Positions 20,680-30,669 of a DNA stretch of 64,000 bases are shown in pieces. A model generated the notes under the pieces. That model was not told the DNA's origin. It ran no database searches and was given only the letters and a program-made list of their open reading frames with translations. The position numbers and the translations under genes are program-made. Every line of letters starts with the position of its first letter. Position 1 is the first letter of the stretch. This stretch comes from an uncultured Pseudobdellovibrionaceae bacterium. GTDB taxonomy: Bacteria > Bdellovibrionota > Bdellovibrionia > Bdellovibrionales > JAGQZY01. The DNA lies in assembly GCA_964351315.1 (NCBI GenBank), contig CAYGNH010000014.1:3280-67279 (forward strand). Reading direction: 5' to 3'.

Positions 20680-21489
20680 TCAGTAGTTGATCACATCACG
20701 ATTGTTCAGTGGCTGCAACGGTCGGTTGTTTTTTTCGAACAGGTTTCGAAAAGTGGCTATCTGCTCTTGGCTTAACTGTAAGGGTGTATTGAAGACAAAC
20801 CACTGCACCTCTTCAAGACAAGGTGGGTGAGTGAGAGAGCCTTGATATTGGTAAAAAGTTTTTCGAGGTGGAACCAGCTGATCTGGATTGAAGCGGAAGG
20901 TGGGTGAAGACTTAAATTTCTCTAGGTTTTGAGTTTTTTCCCAAAGGCGGTCAAACCAAGCGCTGCCACGGCCGGTGATAACAAATAAGGAAATAACAGC
21001 CTGCTTTAACCCATTGGAAGAGCGGTGATAAAACTGCAACTCCATAGGAAGCTGGTTCCCCGAAAGGTGATGCTCACTGGGTGAACGAATTTCTATTTTT
21101 TCTAACAGGTAGTCCATTCCTGCAAAATTAATAGAACTTTGAGGTGTCATCTCAATGCGAAAAGTGTAACCGGCATTCATGATCGTCGCATTGCCCTCAG
21201 TATAGTTGATATGCATAGGGTTTGATGGTTGTGGCTTATGCCAAACTAAATTAACAGGGGATTGGGCCGAACCCGTGTTGCACATATAGTACTGTGGATT
21301 TAAAGTGGCCCAACTTTCTGGTCCGCGTGGTCCATCAGAATAGTCCCATCCCCAAATATCTTTCTTTGGTTCGGGAGAAGGCTGTTCAGCTTGAGCCGGC
21401 TCACTGTTTGTGTCTTCAACCGGCGGGCCGGAAGAACAAGCGACAATGAAAAGGATGCTGGCGAAAATCAAGATGCCTATTTTCTGCAT
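20680..21489 (-). CDS. Alpha-carbonic anhydrase-like lipoprotein, zinc ligands substituted
   Basis: WDYS..GPESW, QSPVNL, PSEH, YQGSLTHPPCLEEVQW, NNRPLQPLNNR; lipobox IVAC. Confidence 0.85.
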   Translation of the reverse strand: MQKIGILIFASILFIVACSSGPPVEDTNSEPAQAEQPSPEPKKDIWGWDYSDGPRGPESWATLNPQYYMCNTGSAQSPVNLVWHKPQPSNPMHINYTEGNATIMNAGYTFRIEMTPQSSINFAGMDYLLEKIEIRSPSEHHLSGNQLPMELQFYHRSSNGLKQAVISLFVITGRGSAWFDRLWEKTQNLEKFKSSPTFRFNPDQLVPPRKTFYQYQGSLTHPPCLEEVQWFVFNTPLQLSQEQIATFRNLFEKNNRPLQPLNNRDVINY

Positions 21490-21569
21490 GGGTAACTCCT
21501 CGAGGACTTACCATAACATCTCATTATCACTGTTGAATTTCAAAAAATTTAACGCCTGCTAGACCAAGG

Positions 21570-22301
21570 TCAATCTTGCGGAAGCTGGAGGTAGTCCCGC
21601 AAACGATAAACTAAGAAGTAAAAGGGTAAAGTGTCCAGTAGGGCTGCTGCCATTTTAAATAGGTAGTTACTTCCTAACAGTGTGACAAAAGCCAATCCCG
21701 TCATTTTACCAGCAAAAAGGCTAGTTCCGAAAGTGATTCCTATCACCGCCACCGAATCGATTAATTGTGAGCACAAGGTACTGACATTGTTACGCAGCCA
21801 TAAAGCTTTGCCGTGAGTTCTTCTTTTCAGATAGTGGAAGATTTGAACATCAAAAAACTGAGCTGTGATGTAGGCGATCATCGATGCTAAAACCGACCCC
21901 GCCGAACAGGCGTAGATAAAATCAAAAAGTTCGACCTGCCCATCGACCTGTTGTCCTGTGGCTAACATCACCGGTTTGGCTAAGTATAGAACCTGCCAAG
22001 GGGGTTGAGACTCCGGGCCAACAGCGCTAATCCACTGACCCAAAAATAAAATACCAATAACAAAAAGATTCAACCCCAAGCCGACCCAAACAACAAAGTT
22101 TGCCCGGGATTTCCCGTAAAGTTCACTGATTAAATCCGTCACTAAAAAGGTCAGAGGATAGGGGAGAACACCAACCGCCAACGAAAGAGGGCCCAATTGA
22201 ATAAATCGTGTTAGACCGATCACATTTAACAAGGTCATGGATGCAAAAAACACCGCAGACAGAATAATAAAGACTCTTTCTCTTTTTTCTCTTAAGTCCA
22301 T
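21570..22301 (-). CDS. yhhQ: Queuosine precursor transporter (YhhQ/VUT family)
   Basis: YPLTFLVTDLISELYG, QFFDVQIF, LWLRNNVSTLCSQLIDS, ALLDT; likely start ATG 22301. Confidence 0.85.
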   Translation of the reverse strand: MDLREKRERVFIILSAVFFASMTLLNVIGLTRFIQLGPLSLAVGVLPYPLTFLVTDLISELYGKSRANFVVWVGLGLNLFVIGILFLGQWISAVGPESQPPWQVLYLAKPVMLATGQQVDGQVELFDFIYACSAGSVLASMIAYITAQFFDVQIFHYLKRRTHGKALWLRNNVSTLCSQLIDSVAVIGITFGTSLFAGKMTGLAFVTLLGSNYLFKMAAALLDTLPFYFLVYRLRDYLQLPQD

Positions 22302-22510
22302 AGTCCTGAAATATACCCATCTTGCCCCTAAAAACAATCCTAAGGACGTAGTAATTTGAGACATTTATGAAGTTTTTTCGTAATAAAATCGAAATCTGGC
22401 CTCTTTGGTGCCTATTTTTGAATCAAATGTAGACCATCTTGAACCATTTTGATAATTTAGTAATAAGGGTCCAATTGAAGGATCCCATTAAAAAACCGAT
22501 ATAGGATCTG

Positions 22511-22822
22511 ATGTTTAAGTTTTCATTTATTGCATTATCTATCGTCTTTCTTTTTCCCTTTCTGGGAGAGGCCCGGGTCCGTCCAGCCACCGACCTGACG
22601 AGCTTAGAGAAAGAAGCTGGCGAAGTGGGCAATGAAGACGACATCAGTGTGATGTCCAACACAGTTGGACCCGAGTTACTTCGGATTGGGGCCGAGCCTT
22701 ACATTCCTTACCCTGCTAAAGCAGGTCTAGGGAATGACGAAGCCAGTATATTCGATTTTAGTGAATCTCCAAATGGTGCCAACACCACGCCTGCCGGAAA
22801 AGAAAACGAGTCTTCACAGTAA
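22511..22822 (+). CDS. Small exported hypothetical protein
   Basis: Signal-peptide-like N-terminus, acidic low-complexity body. Confidence 0.55.
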   Translation: MFKFSFIALSIVFLFPFLGEARVRPATDLTSLEKEAGEVGNEDDISVMSNTVGPELLRIGAEPYIPYPAKAGLGNDEASIFDFSESPNGANTTPAGKENESSQ

Positions 22823-22897
22823 AATTATACCCCATTTTATAAAGAAATATCATTTCTAGACCGATAGACTCTCTATAAACCAACGGAGAACCCGATT

Positions 22898-23332
22898 ATG
22901 TTGAACTCTGAAAAAATTAAAACCATCACCTATATGCCAGGCGAATTCATTTTGCGAGAAGGTGCTAAGTGTGATGCTCTTTTTATCGTCAAAGAAGGAC
23001 AAATTCAGATTTTTCGCATGGACTCCCATAAAAACAAAATTCCGGTGGGCCTAGTTCGGTCGGGTGAGTACCTGGGAGAGATGTCTTTGATCTCGGATCG
23101 CCCCCATTCCGCGAATGCTGTCGCTCTAACAAAAGTGGTTTGTGTGAAAATCACCAGTGGTACTCTTGAAGAGCAACTTAAAACGGCGCCCTCTTGGTTG
23201 GTCGCTTTAACTCGGGGATTGGTCTTTAAACTCCATCGCACCAACGATGTCCTAAAACGCAATGGAATTGTAGACGAATCTCTCTCCGCTGCCGTCAAAG
23301 CCATACAAGACAAAGAAAAAACGGCCGCTTAA
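22898..23332 (+). CDS. Stand-alone cyclic-nucleotide-binding domain protein
   Basis: PGEFILREG, LFIVKEGQI, YLGEMSLI..RPHSANAVA; no HTH. Confidence 0.85.
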   Translation: MLNSEKIKTITYMPGEFILREGAKCDALFIVKEGQIQIFRMDSHKNKIPVGLVRSGEYLGEMSLISDRPHSANAVALTKVVCVKITSGTLEEQLKTAPSWLVALTRGLVFKLHRTNDVLKRNGIVDESLSAAVKAIQDKEKTAA

Positions 23333-23346
23333 AGTCGAGTCGTTGT

Positions 23347-24735
23347 TTACTTTTTAACTTTCAATTGTTTTTGGAAATAGGGAGTCGACTGTTTGACTCC
23401 ATAAGATCGGACGTCGAATTTTAACTCCTTATCCTCAACCTCAGATTCTACCAACAAATAGTTGTGCTCTTTAACTGAGACCAAGCGACGAGGGTTATCG
23501 AGCCAGGACTCTTCTTTACCTTCGGAACGAAAGATGTAGCTGTGCAGCGGGCTGGATGTGACCTCGTAAGTCTGATACCCCAACATTTCCTTTTCAATTC
23601 CAACAATCTCAGAGTAATGGATATCTCCGGACAAAAAGACCACCGGGCTCTTTGATTTCTTCAAATCATTCATCAAGGTCCTAAAGTGGACCGGGTGATC
23701 ATCGATAAAAGTTTCGTTTATCTGCTTTTTAGAACCGTCTTTCTGGGCAACCTTTGTCGCCTTGGTAAAAAACTGCACTCCATTGGCCAACCAAATCGGA
23801 CGATCGGAATCTTGCAATTGCTTTTGCAACCACTGGTGTTGTTTTTTGCCCCACTGGCCGAAGGCGGCGTTGCCGTTGAATTCACGGTAATAACGACTGT
23901 CCATAAAAAGAAACTTCTGACCAAACCCATTGAAGCTAAAGTAAACACCTTGGTTGGCGCGTTGATAGACACCTGGAATATCTTCCCCACCAAAAAAGGC
24001 ATTGAAAACTTTTTCTGCCGCCTTTTTGCCTTTAAAGTTTTTATTGGAGTTGTTGGTTCCAAAGTCGTGATCATCCCAAATGGCGAGAATAGGTAAAAGA
24101 TGGCGATTTTGAAATAATGGAATTTTTCGAAAGCTGTCAATGTAACGAGTCCAAATATCAAACTCGGTGGCTTTTTCTCGTTTTACAAAATCAAAGTCAT
24201 CGACGTAAACTTCATCACCAAGAAGCATTAAGAAGTCTGGCTGGTGGGTTAACATTTGGTCCCAAATTCGACTGCGAACGTGTTCAAAGGCATGACTATC
24301 CGACATGCATGAGCCCACCACAAACCGACTTTTTTTCTTGTTAACGTCTAGGGTCTTGAAAAAACGCCAGTCGATGGCCCGTTTTCGCCAAGTGTTGACC
24401 ACCGACAAGCGGTAGGTGGTGCCTGGTTTCAAATTTTTTACATGAATACGATCCACGGCCCAGTGAATGTGAGGCCCTGTCGTTGTCTTGACTATTTTTT
24501 CAACTTTGCTGGGCTGCCATTGAAATTTGTAGCCAGGCTGTTCGACTTCGACCACATAGGCCATTTTAGTCAGATGAGGCCGAAGAATATTGATCGTGGT
24601 CTCAGTATCCGACGTCATGGTTTGAAAGACAGAAACCCAGCCGGGAGCATTGGTGAAATCTCCGAGTTCATCGGTTTTGGGGGAGTGTTGGCAGCCAGCG
24701 AGAACACATATCAAAACAACAAACAAAAAGCGCAT
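23347..24735 (-). CDS. PhoD-like alkaline phosphatase D / metallophosphoesterase lipoprotein
   Basis: GSC, LLGDEVYVD, IWDDHDFG, DSRYYR, LSGDIH; lipobox LAGC. Confidence 0.8.
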   Translation of the reverse strand: MRFLFVVLICVLAGCQHSPKTDELGDFTNAPGWVSVFQTMTSDTETTINILRPHLTKMAYVVEVEQPGYKFQWQPSKVEKIVKTTTGPHIHWAVDRIHVKNLKPGTTYRLSVVNTWRKRAIDWRFFKTLDVNKKKSRFVVGSCMSDSHAFEHVRSRIWDQMLTHQPDFLMLLGDEVYVDDFDFVKREKATEFDIWTRYIDSFRKIPLFQNRHLLPILAIWDDHDFGTNNSNKNFKGKKAAEKVFNAFFGGEDIPGVYQRANQGVYFSFNGFGQKFLFMDSRYYREFNGNAAFGQWGKKQHQWLQKQLQDSDRPIWLANGVQFFTKATKVAQKDGSKKQINETFIDDHPVHFRTLMNDLKKSKSPVVFLSGDIHYSEIVGIEKEMLGYQTYEVTSSPLHSYIFRSEGKEESWLDNPRRLVSVKEHNYLLVESEVEDKELKFDVRSYGVKQSTPYFQKQLKVKK

Positions 24736-24823
24736 AGGGGCTCCTATCAAAGAATTTAGAAGCCCCTTATTAGTATGAATCTCCAGGTCTGTCCAAGCCT
24801 ATTGGAACCAAATGATTGAGATT

Positions 24824-25432
24824 CTATTGGCAAACCTGTTTTTGCCCTAAAAGACCTTTTTTGAGCTCAGCGTCAGTCGGATCTGGCCCAATCAAACTGT
24901 TTTGCAGTAGGCGGGCGTAGCCGGGACTGTAGATCGGAGGAAAGGTTTCATTTTCATTGGCTTCAAATTCAAACCGATCGGGGAAGGTGATCATGTACAT
25001 CCGCTCTCCCTTTGCCACATCTCTTGCGTAGCTCAAGAACTGATCGTGGTAGGGTCGCAAGGCCTTACACTCTTTCTCGCTTCCACAGAGTCGGTCAAAT
25101 TCGTCATTCCAAACATCAACCAGACGCTTTCGATCTATATTCATTGTGGCGTGGATGATACCCACCTTAACCTGGTTCGAGGCGATGATGGCCTCCGCGT
25201 TTTGGGTGGGAGTCTCAAGATAAAGAGCGGCATAAAACACATTAAAAAAAAGAACTCTTTTCAAACCCACGCCGTTTAGAAGTAAATCAATATCTTTGTT
25301 TTGATTGTTAGTGATACTAAGACTCTCAGTAAACTCGACTCCATTTCCGCAGTTGACATTGGCAAAACTTTGGACAGAAAAAAACAGTGAAATCGCTATA
25401 AAAACTTTAGACAAAACCCCTCCCAGAGACAC
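24824..25432 (-). CDS. Chalcone isomerase-like family exported protein
   Basis: LLLNGVGLKRVLFFNVFYAALYL and terminal LIGPDP...LKKGLLG. Confidence 0.75.
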   Translation of the reverse strand: MSLGGVLSKVFIAISLFFSVQSFANVNCGNGVEFTESLSITNNQNKDIDLLLNGVGLKRVLFFNVFYAALYLETPTQNAEAIIASNQVKVGIIHATMNIDRKRLVDVWNDEFDRLCGSEKECKALRPYHDQFLSYARDVAKGERMYMITFPDRFEFEANENETFPPIYSPGYARLLQNSLIGPDPTDAELKKGLLGQKQVCQ

Positions 25433-25606
25433 TTATTTGTTTGTAAAATTCCAGCATGTTTTTTTAGCTAAAACAAGCCTTTAAACGGACATCGATTCGA
25501 TTAGCTTTCTCTTTCTTTGTCTCAATCTGGCACGTCGATACTTTGATGGCCTGTCTATGGACTGTACGCATTCAACGGGTTTAGAGCAATCTACAAGCGT
25601 CTCGAG

Positions 25607-25622
25607 AGGCATTGATTTCGCA
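25607..25622 (+). promoter_or_regulatory. Candidate sigma-54 promoter of the cytochrome c cluster
   Basis: AGGCATTGATTTCGCA fits GG-N10-GC, about 80 bp upstream of ATG 25704. Confidence 0.35.
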
Positions 25623-25703
25623 TTATCTGATTATGGGTCGCTGAGTGGATGGGATTTTCTAACTCAGGTAAAATTTATTGAAATGCTACCAAAAGGGGTT
25701 CAA

Positions 25704-27320
25704 ATGAATTGGGAATTAATTGTTTTTCCAAACAAATTGTGGGGTCATCTTTTTAAGATCCTTACAACATTGGCTTGTTGCTTCATTGGAGCCAACGCCT
25801 TCGGTCAGTTCACGATTGACGCTACCAATACGTCACAAGCGACGACCATGAATTTACCTGGCGACGACATTTTGTTTCTTCGCGTCACAGTCAATGATCC
25901 GGATTACGATGATGAAGGAGAGTTGTTCGTGAATGGCAATGGCCCAATTCAATTGTGGCCGGGTGGCAACAGTGGCAACGATGGTCTCACGATGACTATA
26001 AATCTGGATCTAAACAACACTCAACGGGGTTACTTTATCAACGGAACCAACAACCTCGAGTTCCGTTTTGCCGGTGATCCAACCGTGGTTGACGGATACA
26101 GAGTTGACGCGGTCGAACCCGTGACCTCGCTTCCGACAAAGAACTACCAGGCTTTCGATATTGATGTTGATGCGCCGATCTCGGCAAGTCGAAGCTTAGC
26201 TCTTGAAATCTATAAACGTCTGGTCGGTGTAGCGACTCCGATTGACAATCCTGTTCTGGTGGATATGGAACAGCAGATTAACGCTGGCAATTTGCGGGGG
26301 GCGGCAGCGATCGCAACCGAACAACCGGGTTTTTATAACCTAGTTGTTAGGGACTTAGCGGCACAAATGTCGACCCGAGACGAGTCGATCAACGAGCCCT
26401 TAAATGACTTTATAGCGACCTTTATCGGCGTTGCTCGTGATGATTTAGACGCACGCTTGCTTCTAACTGGAAATTTCTTCTACAAAGGCTCTATTGAAGC
26501 ACCGGTAAGAAGTGACATTTATAACGATATCCTTGGCTCGAATCGCCATTACGATGACCTAAACAACGACAACTATGACTTGACCGCCGTTTTAACTCGC
26601 GAAAATCAGCAGTACATAAGAAATGGCGATCAATCTTATGTTAACCATCCCGATGCTTCGGGCGTCATTACGACAAGAGCCTTTATGGGAGCCCATGCTT
26701 TGGATGGAACCAACCGACGCTTGGTCGAGTTCACTATGAATCAGTTTGCTTGTTTCGAGATGGAAGAGTGGGCTGACGCCACGGCGTCTGATATTCGAGT
26801 CGGTCGCGACATTGACCGAGCTCCTGGTGGAGAAGCCACAAAATATCTAACCACTTGTAAAGCCTGTCACTCGGTGATGGATGGCTTTCGTGGGGCCTTT
26901 GCGAAATATGACTTTAATAATAACTTTGTAAACTATGATTTTGATCCTGGACCAGGCACCAACAGTGTTGATCGTAAGATGAACCAGAATAACAACACAT
27001 TTCCAGGAGGTTTTGTTACTAATGACAACTCTTGGATCAACAATGCTCGCAATCCAGCTAACATCCAGCGTTTTGGCTGGCGGGGAGTGGTTGACAGTGG
27101 TGTCGGAGTTCGACAGTTCGCTACAGCCGTTGCCAACTCACGGGCCTTTTCCAAGTGTATGGTTAAGCGTGTGTATCGTGAAGTCTGTCGTCGCCCAGTC
27201 GCCACCTTTGAAACAGGCATGGTCGATTCAATGGCTAACTCTTTTGAAGCCAGTGGTTACAGTCTTAAAGGTCTTTTTGAAGAATTAGCAGTTCGTCCTG
27301 AATGTATCGGAGCGAGGTAA
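25704..27320 (+). CDS. Exported DUF1585/DUF1588-like protein with one CxxCH heme motif
   Basis: Signal ending ANAFG; GVITTRAF, TNRR, CKACH, FSKCMVKRVYREVCRR, GYSLKGLF; ATG 25704 after AAGGGG. Confidence 0.7.
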   Translation: MNWELIVFPNKLWGHLFKILTTLACCFIGANAFGQFTIDATNTSQATTMNLPGDDILFLRVTVNDPDYDDEGELFVNGNGPIQLWPGGNSGNDGLTMTINLDLNNTQRGYFINGTNNLEFRFAGDPTVVDGYRVDAVEPVTSLPTKNYQAFDIDVDAPISASRSLALEIYKRLVGVATPIDNPVLVDMEQQINAGNLRGAAAIATEQPGFYNLVVRDLAAQMSTRDESINEPLNDFIATFIGVARDDLDARLLLTGNFFYKGSIEAPVRSDIYNDILGSNRHYDDLNNDNYDLTAVLTRENQQYIRNGDQSYVNHPDASGVITTRAFMGAHALDGTNRRLVEFTMNQFACFEMEEWADATASDIRVGRDIDRAPGGEATKYLTTCKACHSVMDGFRGAFAKYDFNNNFVNYDFDPGPGTNSVDRKMNQNNNTFPGGFVTNDNSWINNARNPANIQRFGWRGVVDSGVGVRQFATAVANSRAFSKCMVKRVYREVCRRPVATFETGMVDSMANSFEASGYSLKGLFEELAVRPECIGAR

Positions 27321-27323
27321 ACA

Positions 27324-27968
27324 ATGAGTGGAGAAAAAATGATTAGAAAATTTGTCGTCTTTTCAGTGAGTTTTGTTGCCATCGCTATGGCCTACCAGAA
27401 TTGTGGTTCTCCTAGCGGAAATGGTGAAGGGGGCGCCGCCGTTGCCTCGAATACATCGAACGGTGACATCGTGGCCCTGCCGAATACAAAAACAGCGTCG
27501 GTGCAACGAGCGTCTCGCGTTCTGGATAACCTGGTTTCCTGTTTAGGAACCGGTCAACCCAGTGATGCGGCTCGCAACGTCTGGCAGAACAATCGAGGAA
27601 CCATTTCTGAAGAAGGATTGGCCAACTCAATGGCGCAACCGATGGCCAAAACACTGGTCACTGTGTCTTCGGAAGTTTGTGAAGACTTGTTGGACCAAGA
27701 GCGAGGAGCCAACCCTGCTGACCGCAAGATTTTTCTTGAGTCGGACCTGGATGCAGGTGGATTGTCGAACAATGCTTTGAGCATGGCTTCAAAGCGCATC
27801 GCTCGATCTTGTTGGGGGCGAAATGCTTCCGATGACGAACTTGATATGATTGTGGATGCTGTCAATGAAGCCTTTGCTGGTGAAAATGACGACGCAAACT
27901 TAACACGCAAGAAAATGATTTTTATGTGCACTTCGATGACGGCGTCCTTTGATGCCTTTAATATGTAA
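27324..27968 (+). CDS. AYQNC-signal exported/lipoprotein, unknown function
   Basis: Signal ending AMAYQNCG; paired cysteines; operonic spacing. Confidence 0.7.
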   Translation: MSGEKMIRKFVVFSVSFVAIAMAYQNCGSPSGNGEGGAAVASNTSNGDIVALPNTKTASVQRASRVLDNLVSCLGTGQPSDAARNVWQNNRGTISEEGLANSMAQPMAKTLVTVSSEVCEDLLDQERGANPADRKIFLESDLDAGGLSNNALSMASKRIARSCWGRNASDDELDMIVDAVNEAFAGENDDANLTRKKMIFMCTSMTASFDAFNM

Positions 27969-27982
27969 GATGGGGTCTTGAT

Positions 27983-29461
27983 ATGAGCGATCGTAAAATA
28001 GAATTAGAAAAGCAAGCGGAACTGCAGGAAGCTAAACGCAAAGAGCTTGAGAAGAATTACATAGACTATTGCACTTCTCATAATCACAAAAAACCCATGA
28101 GTCGTCGAGACTTGCTGGGCGCGGGAATGATTTCCTTTACCGCCAGCATGACCCTGCCCACATTGGCGGGGATGATGGCTCCTCGCCGAGCCTTTGCTCA
28201 GTCCTCGGAGTGTCCGTCTTCGGCCGGAGCCTCTTCGATGGCGGCTTTCGTCACTTTGAACTTAGCCGGTGGTGCCGGTTTAGCCATGAACTATGTGCCA
28301 ACTGATCAAGGTGGACAGTTGTTACCAACCTATAACAAAATGGGATTGGGTGATGGTCAGCTACCGATCGATAATGAATTTGGTAATGTTCCCTTTGCCG
28401 GAGAGGGGATCAGTAAACTCCTAACAGAGCTTCGATTGGCCGCCAGCCCTGCGACTTTAGCTAACACGGCTTTTGTTGCTATTCCAGTTCGGTCTCGTGA
28501 TGACTTTGGAATGAATCCTTTTGATATATCCGGTATGGTTGCTAAAGCCGGCTTGATTGGAACCGATCTTCCTAATATGGGAACTCGTCAATCCGATACC
28601 GGCATCAACCAAATGTATGCTAAAATCAAACCGCCAACACCTTTAACCGTTGGCAACTACAATGACCTGGCCGGCGCCTTAGAACTGGGCGTGCAAGGGC
28701 CACTGGCCAATCTGACAGACGACCAAAAAGTCTCGATCGTTCGCTTGGTCAATCGCTTGAGTGAATCGCAGGTTAATAAAGTAAACTCACAGTCGGGCGG
28801 ACGCATGTTGGCCACCTTAGTTAACTGTGCTTTAGGTAAAAATGTCACCCTGGCTTCACAGCCGGCGCCAAGCGTAGATGTTCGCGCAAACGCCAGTCTT
28901 GCGACAGTGTGGGGTGTTAACAATGGAACTAATAACAATGACCGTGGTGTGGTTTTTGGATCCATGGTGAATGCCGGACTTCTCGGGAATGCAGGATCTG
29001 TAAACCTTGAAATGGGTGGTTATGATTACCACAACGGAACCCGAACCACAGGTGATCAACGAGACGGTCAAGCTGGACAAGCTATTGGTCGCATTTTAGA
29101 AAGTGCTTCTGTTCTAAACAAGAAAGTTTTTATCTATGTGACGTCTGACGGAGCAGTGGTTTCACCGGTCAGTGATGATCGAGCCGCGCCTTGGCAGTCT
29201 GACCGAGGGAGTGCCGGAATGGCTTATATCTTGGCTTATGACCCAGCTGGACGCCCGGAAACAAGCGGTCACCAAATTGGTCATTTCACGGAGGCTCAGG
29301 CTGCCGATGAATCATTTATAACCGGTGGAAATCCAGAGCTAGCCGCCAGTGCAGCTTTTGCTAACTACCTGAAATTTAACGACAGAATGGATTTATTAAC
29401 CTCAGTTCTTGGTAGTACTTTTAGTACTAGCGACCTCAATAGAGTGATAAAATTTGGCTAA
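27983..29461 (+). CDS. DUF1501-like Tat-exported protein
   Basis: Twin-arginine SRRDLL; LNLAGGA; GGYDYH; VTSDG. Confidence 0.7.
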   Translation: MSDRKIELEKQAELQEAKRKELEKNYIDYCTSHNHKKPMSRRDLLGAGMISFTASMTLPTLAGMMAPRRAFAQSSECPSSAGASSMAAFVTLNLAGGAGLAMNYVPTDQGGQLLPTYNKMGLGDGQLPIDNEFGNVPFAGEGISKLLTELRLAASPATLANTAFVAIPVRSRDDFGMNPFDISGMVAKAGLIGTDLPNMGTRQSDTGINQMYAKIKPPTPLTVGNYNDLAGALELGVQGPLANLTDDQKVSIVRLVNRLSESQVNKVNSQSGGRMLATLVNCALGKNVTLASQPAPSVDVRANASLATVWGVNNGTNNNDRGVVFGSMVNAGLLGNAGSVNLEMGGYDYHNGTRTTGDQRDGQAGQAIGRILESASVLNKKVFIYVTSDGAVVSPVSDDRAAPWQSDRGSAGMAYILAYDPAGRPETSGHQIGHFTEAQAADESFITGGNPELAASAAFANYLKFNDRMDLLTSVLGSTFSTSDLNRVIKFG

Positions 29462-29502
29462 TCGCCAATAGAGGGTTAGAATTGAGGAAGGGGTTTAATC
29501 AA

Positions 29503-30654
29503 ATGCGAACGTATACTGTTATTGGTTATTTACTAGCCTGTGTGGGAATGGTCTTTGCCTACCAGAATTGTTCGGGAGTCCATGAAAGCAACGCTTCGTT
29601 GAGTTCATTTGAAGCCTGTAACTTGGTTTTAAAAGATCAATTTTCGAACGGCTACCACCAGTTCTTAACACAGAATTGCAACGGCTGTCATGTTAGTAAC
29701 GGAACTGGAAACGGCGCCTTCGGTGACAACGATCTCGATATCGCTTTTGACGCCTTCAACGTTCGGGGAAATATTTTGGTGGAAAATCGCGCCCTCGATC
29801 CAAATCACCAACCTCCTTTTACCGGCCCTCAACATCAAGGCGACATTATCGACTTGGACGAAGGCTGGTATGCTGCCAAAGCTCAGGCTGACCTCTGTAT
29901 CGCCAACGCCGGTGTGACTATTGAAAATGAAATTGAGGGAGGAGTCATCACCAATGATCCTCAACCCACCACCCATGCTTTTGAGACCTTTATTAAACTC
30001 ATCGATGCCGACAAAGACGGGACCACAATCCAGTGGGATTTATCTGATGAGATTCTTTTACCGAACGGAACCTCATTTCCTGGGGCTCGCTTGGAAATTG
30101 AGGTAACGGCTTTGTCGACCGTAACCGGCGAAAAAAGTTATATTATTTCCAATCCGAAATTGAGAGCTGGCGATCAAGCCCTTCACTTTCAATACTTCGG
30201 AGTGAAAATCAACAACCAAGTGGTGCAGGAAGCAAACAGTTTTCACCAGATCAATCGCAAGATCCCACCCAACACCGAAAGAGATCTTGCCACCAGCTCT
30301 TTAGTCTTCCGCTATGATATTCGCGCCACTGATACGATCTCTGTTTTGATCGGTAATATTCAGACGACGACATTCAATCCACCCACTTTTGACGAGCTCA
30401 TAGCTCCAACCGGTGTGTTCGGAGCCAACTGTATGAGTTGTCATGATGGTGGAACGGGCAACCCACAAGCGGGCTTTGATATTTCAAACCGCAATGCGGT
30501 TCTCACACAATTAATGGTGGCTCCCTATAGTCCAAACAATTCCGAGATCTTTAAACGGATGAACGACACTCAACGTCCTATGCCTCAATCCGGTATACTT
30601 TCAGATCCGGCCCTAGAACAAGTCCTATGGTGGATCCAAGACGGCGCCCGTTAA
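29503..30654 (+). CDS. Di-heme c-type cytochrome with AYQNC signal
   Basis: CNGCH and CMSCH; C-terminal MP...WIQDGA planctomycete-type cytochrome c domain. Confidence 0.75.
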   Translation: MRTYTVIGYLLACVGMVFAYQNCSGVHESNASLSSFEACNLVLKDQFSNGYHQFLTQNCNGCHVSNGTGNGAFGDNDLDIAFDAFNVRGNILVENRALDPNHQPPFTGPQHQGDIIDLDEGWYAAKAQADLCIANAGVTIENEIEGGVITNDPQPTTHAFETFIKLIDADKDGTTIQWDLSDEILLPNGTSFPGARLEIEVTALSTVTGEKSYIISNPKLRAGDQALHFQYFGVKINNQVVQEANSFHQINRKIPPNTERDLATSSLVFRYDIRATDTISVLIGNIQTTTFNPPTFDELIAPTGVFGANCMSCHDGGTGNPQAGFDISNRNAVLTQLMVAPYSPNNSEIFKRMNDTQRPMPQSGILSDPALEQVLWWIQDGAR

Positions 30655-30669
30655 GGTATTCCGTTCCGT

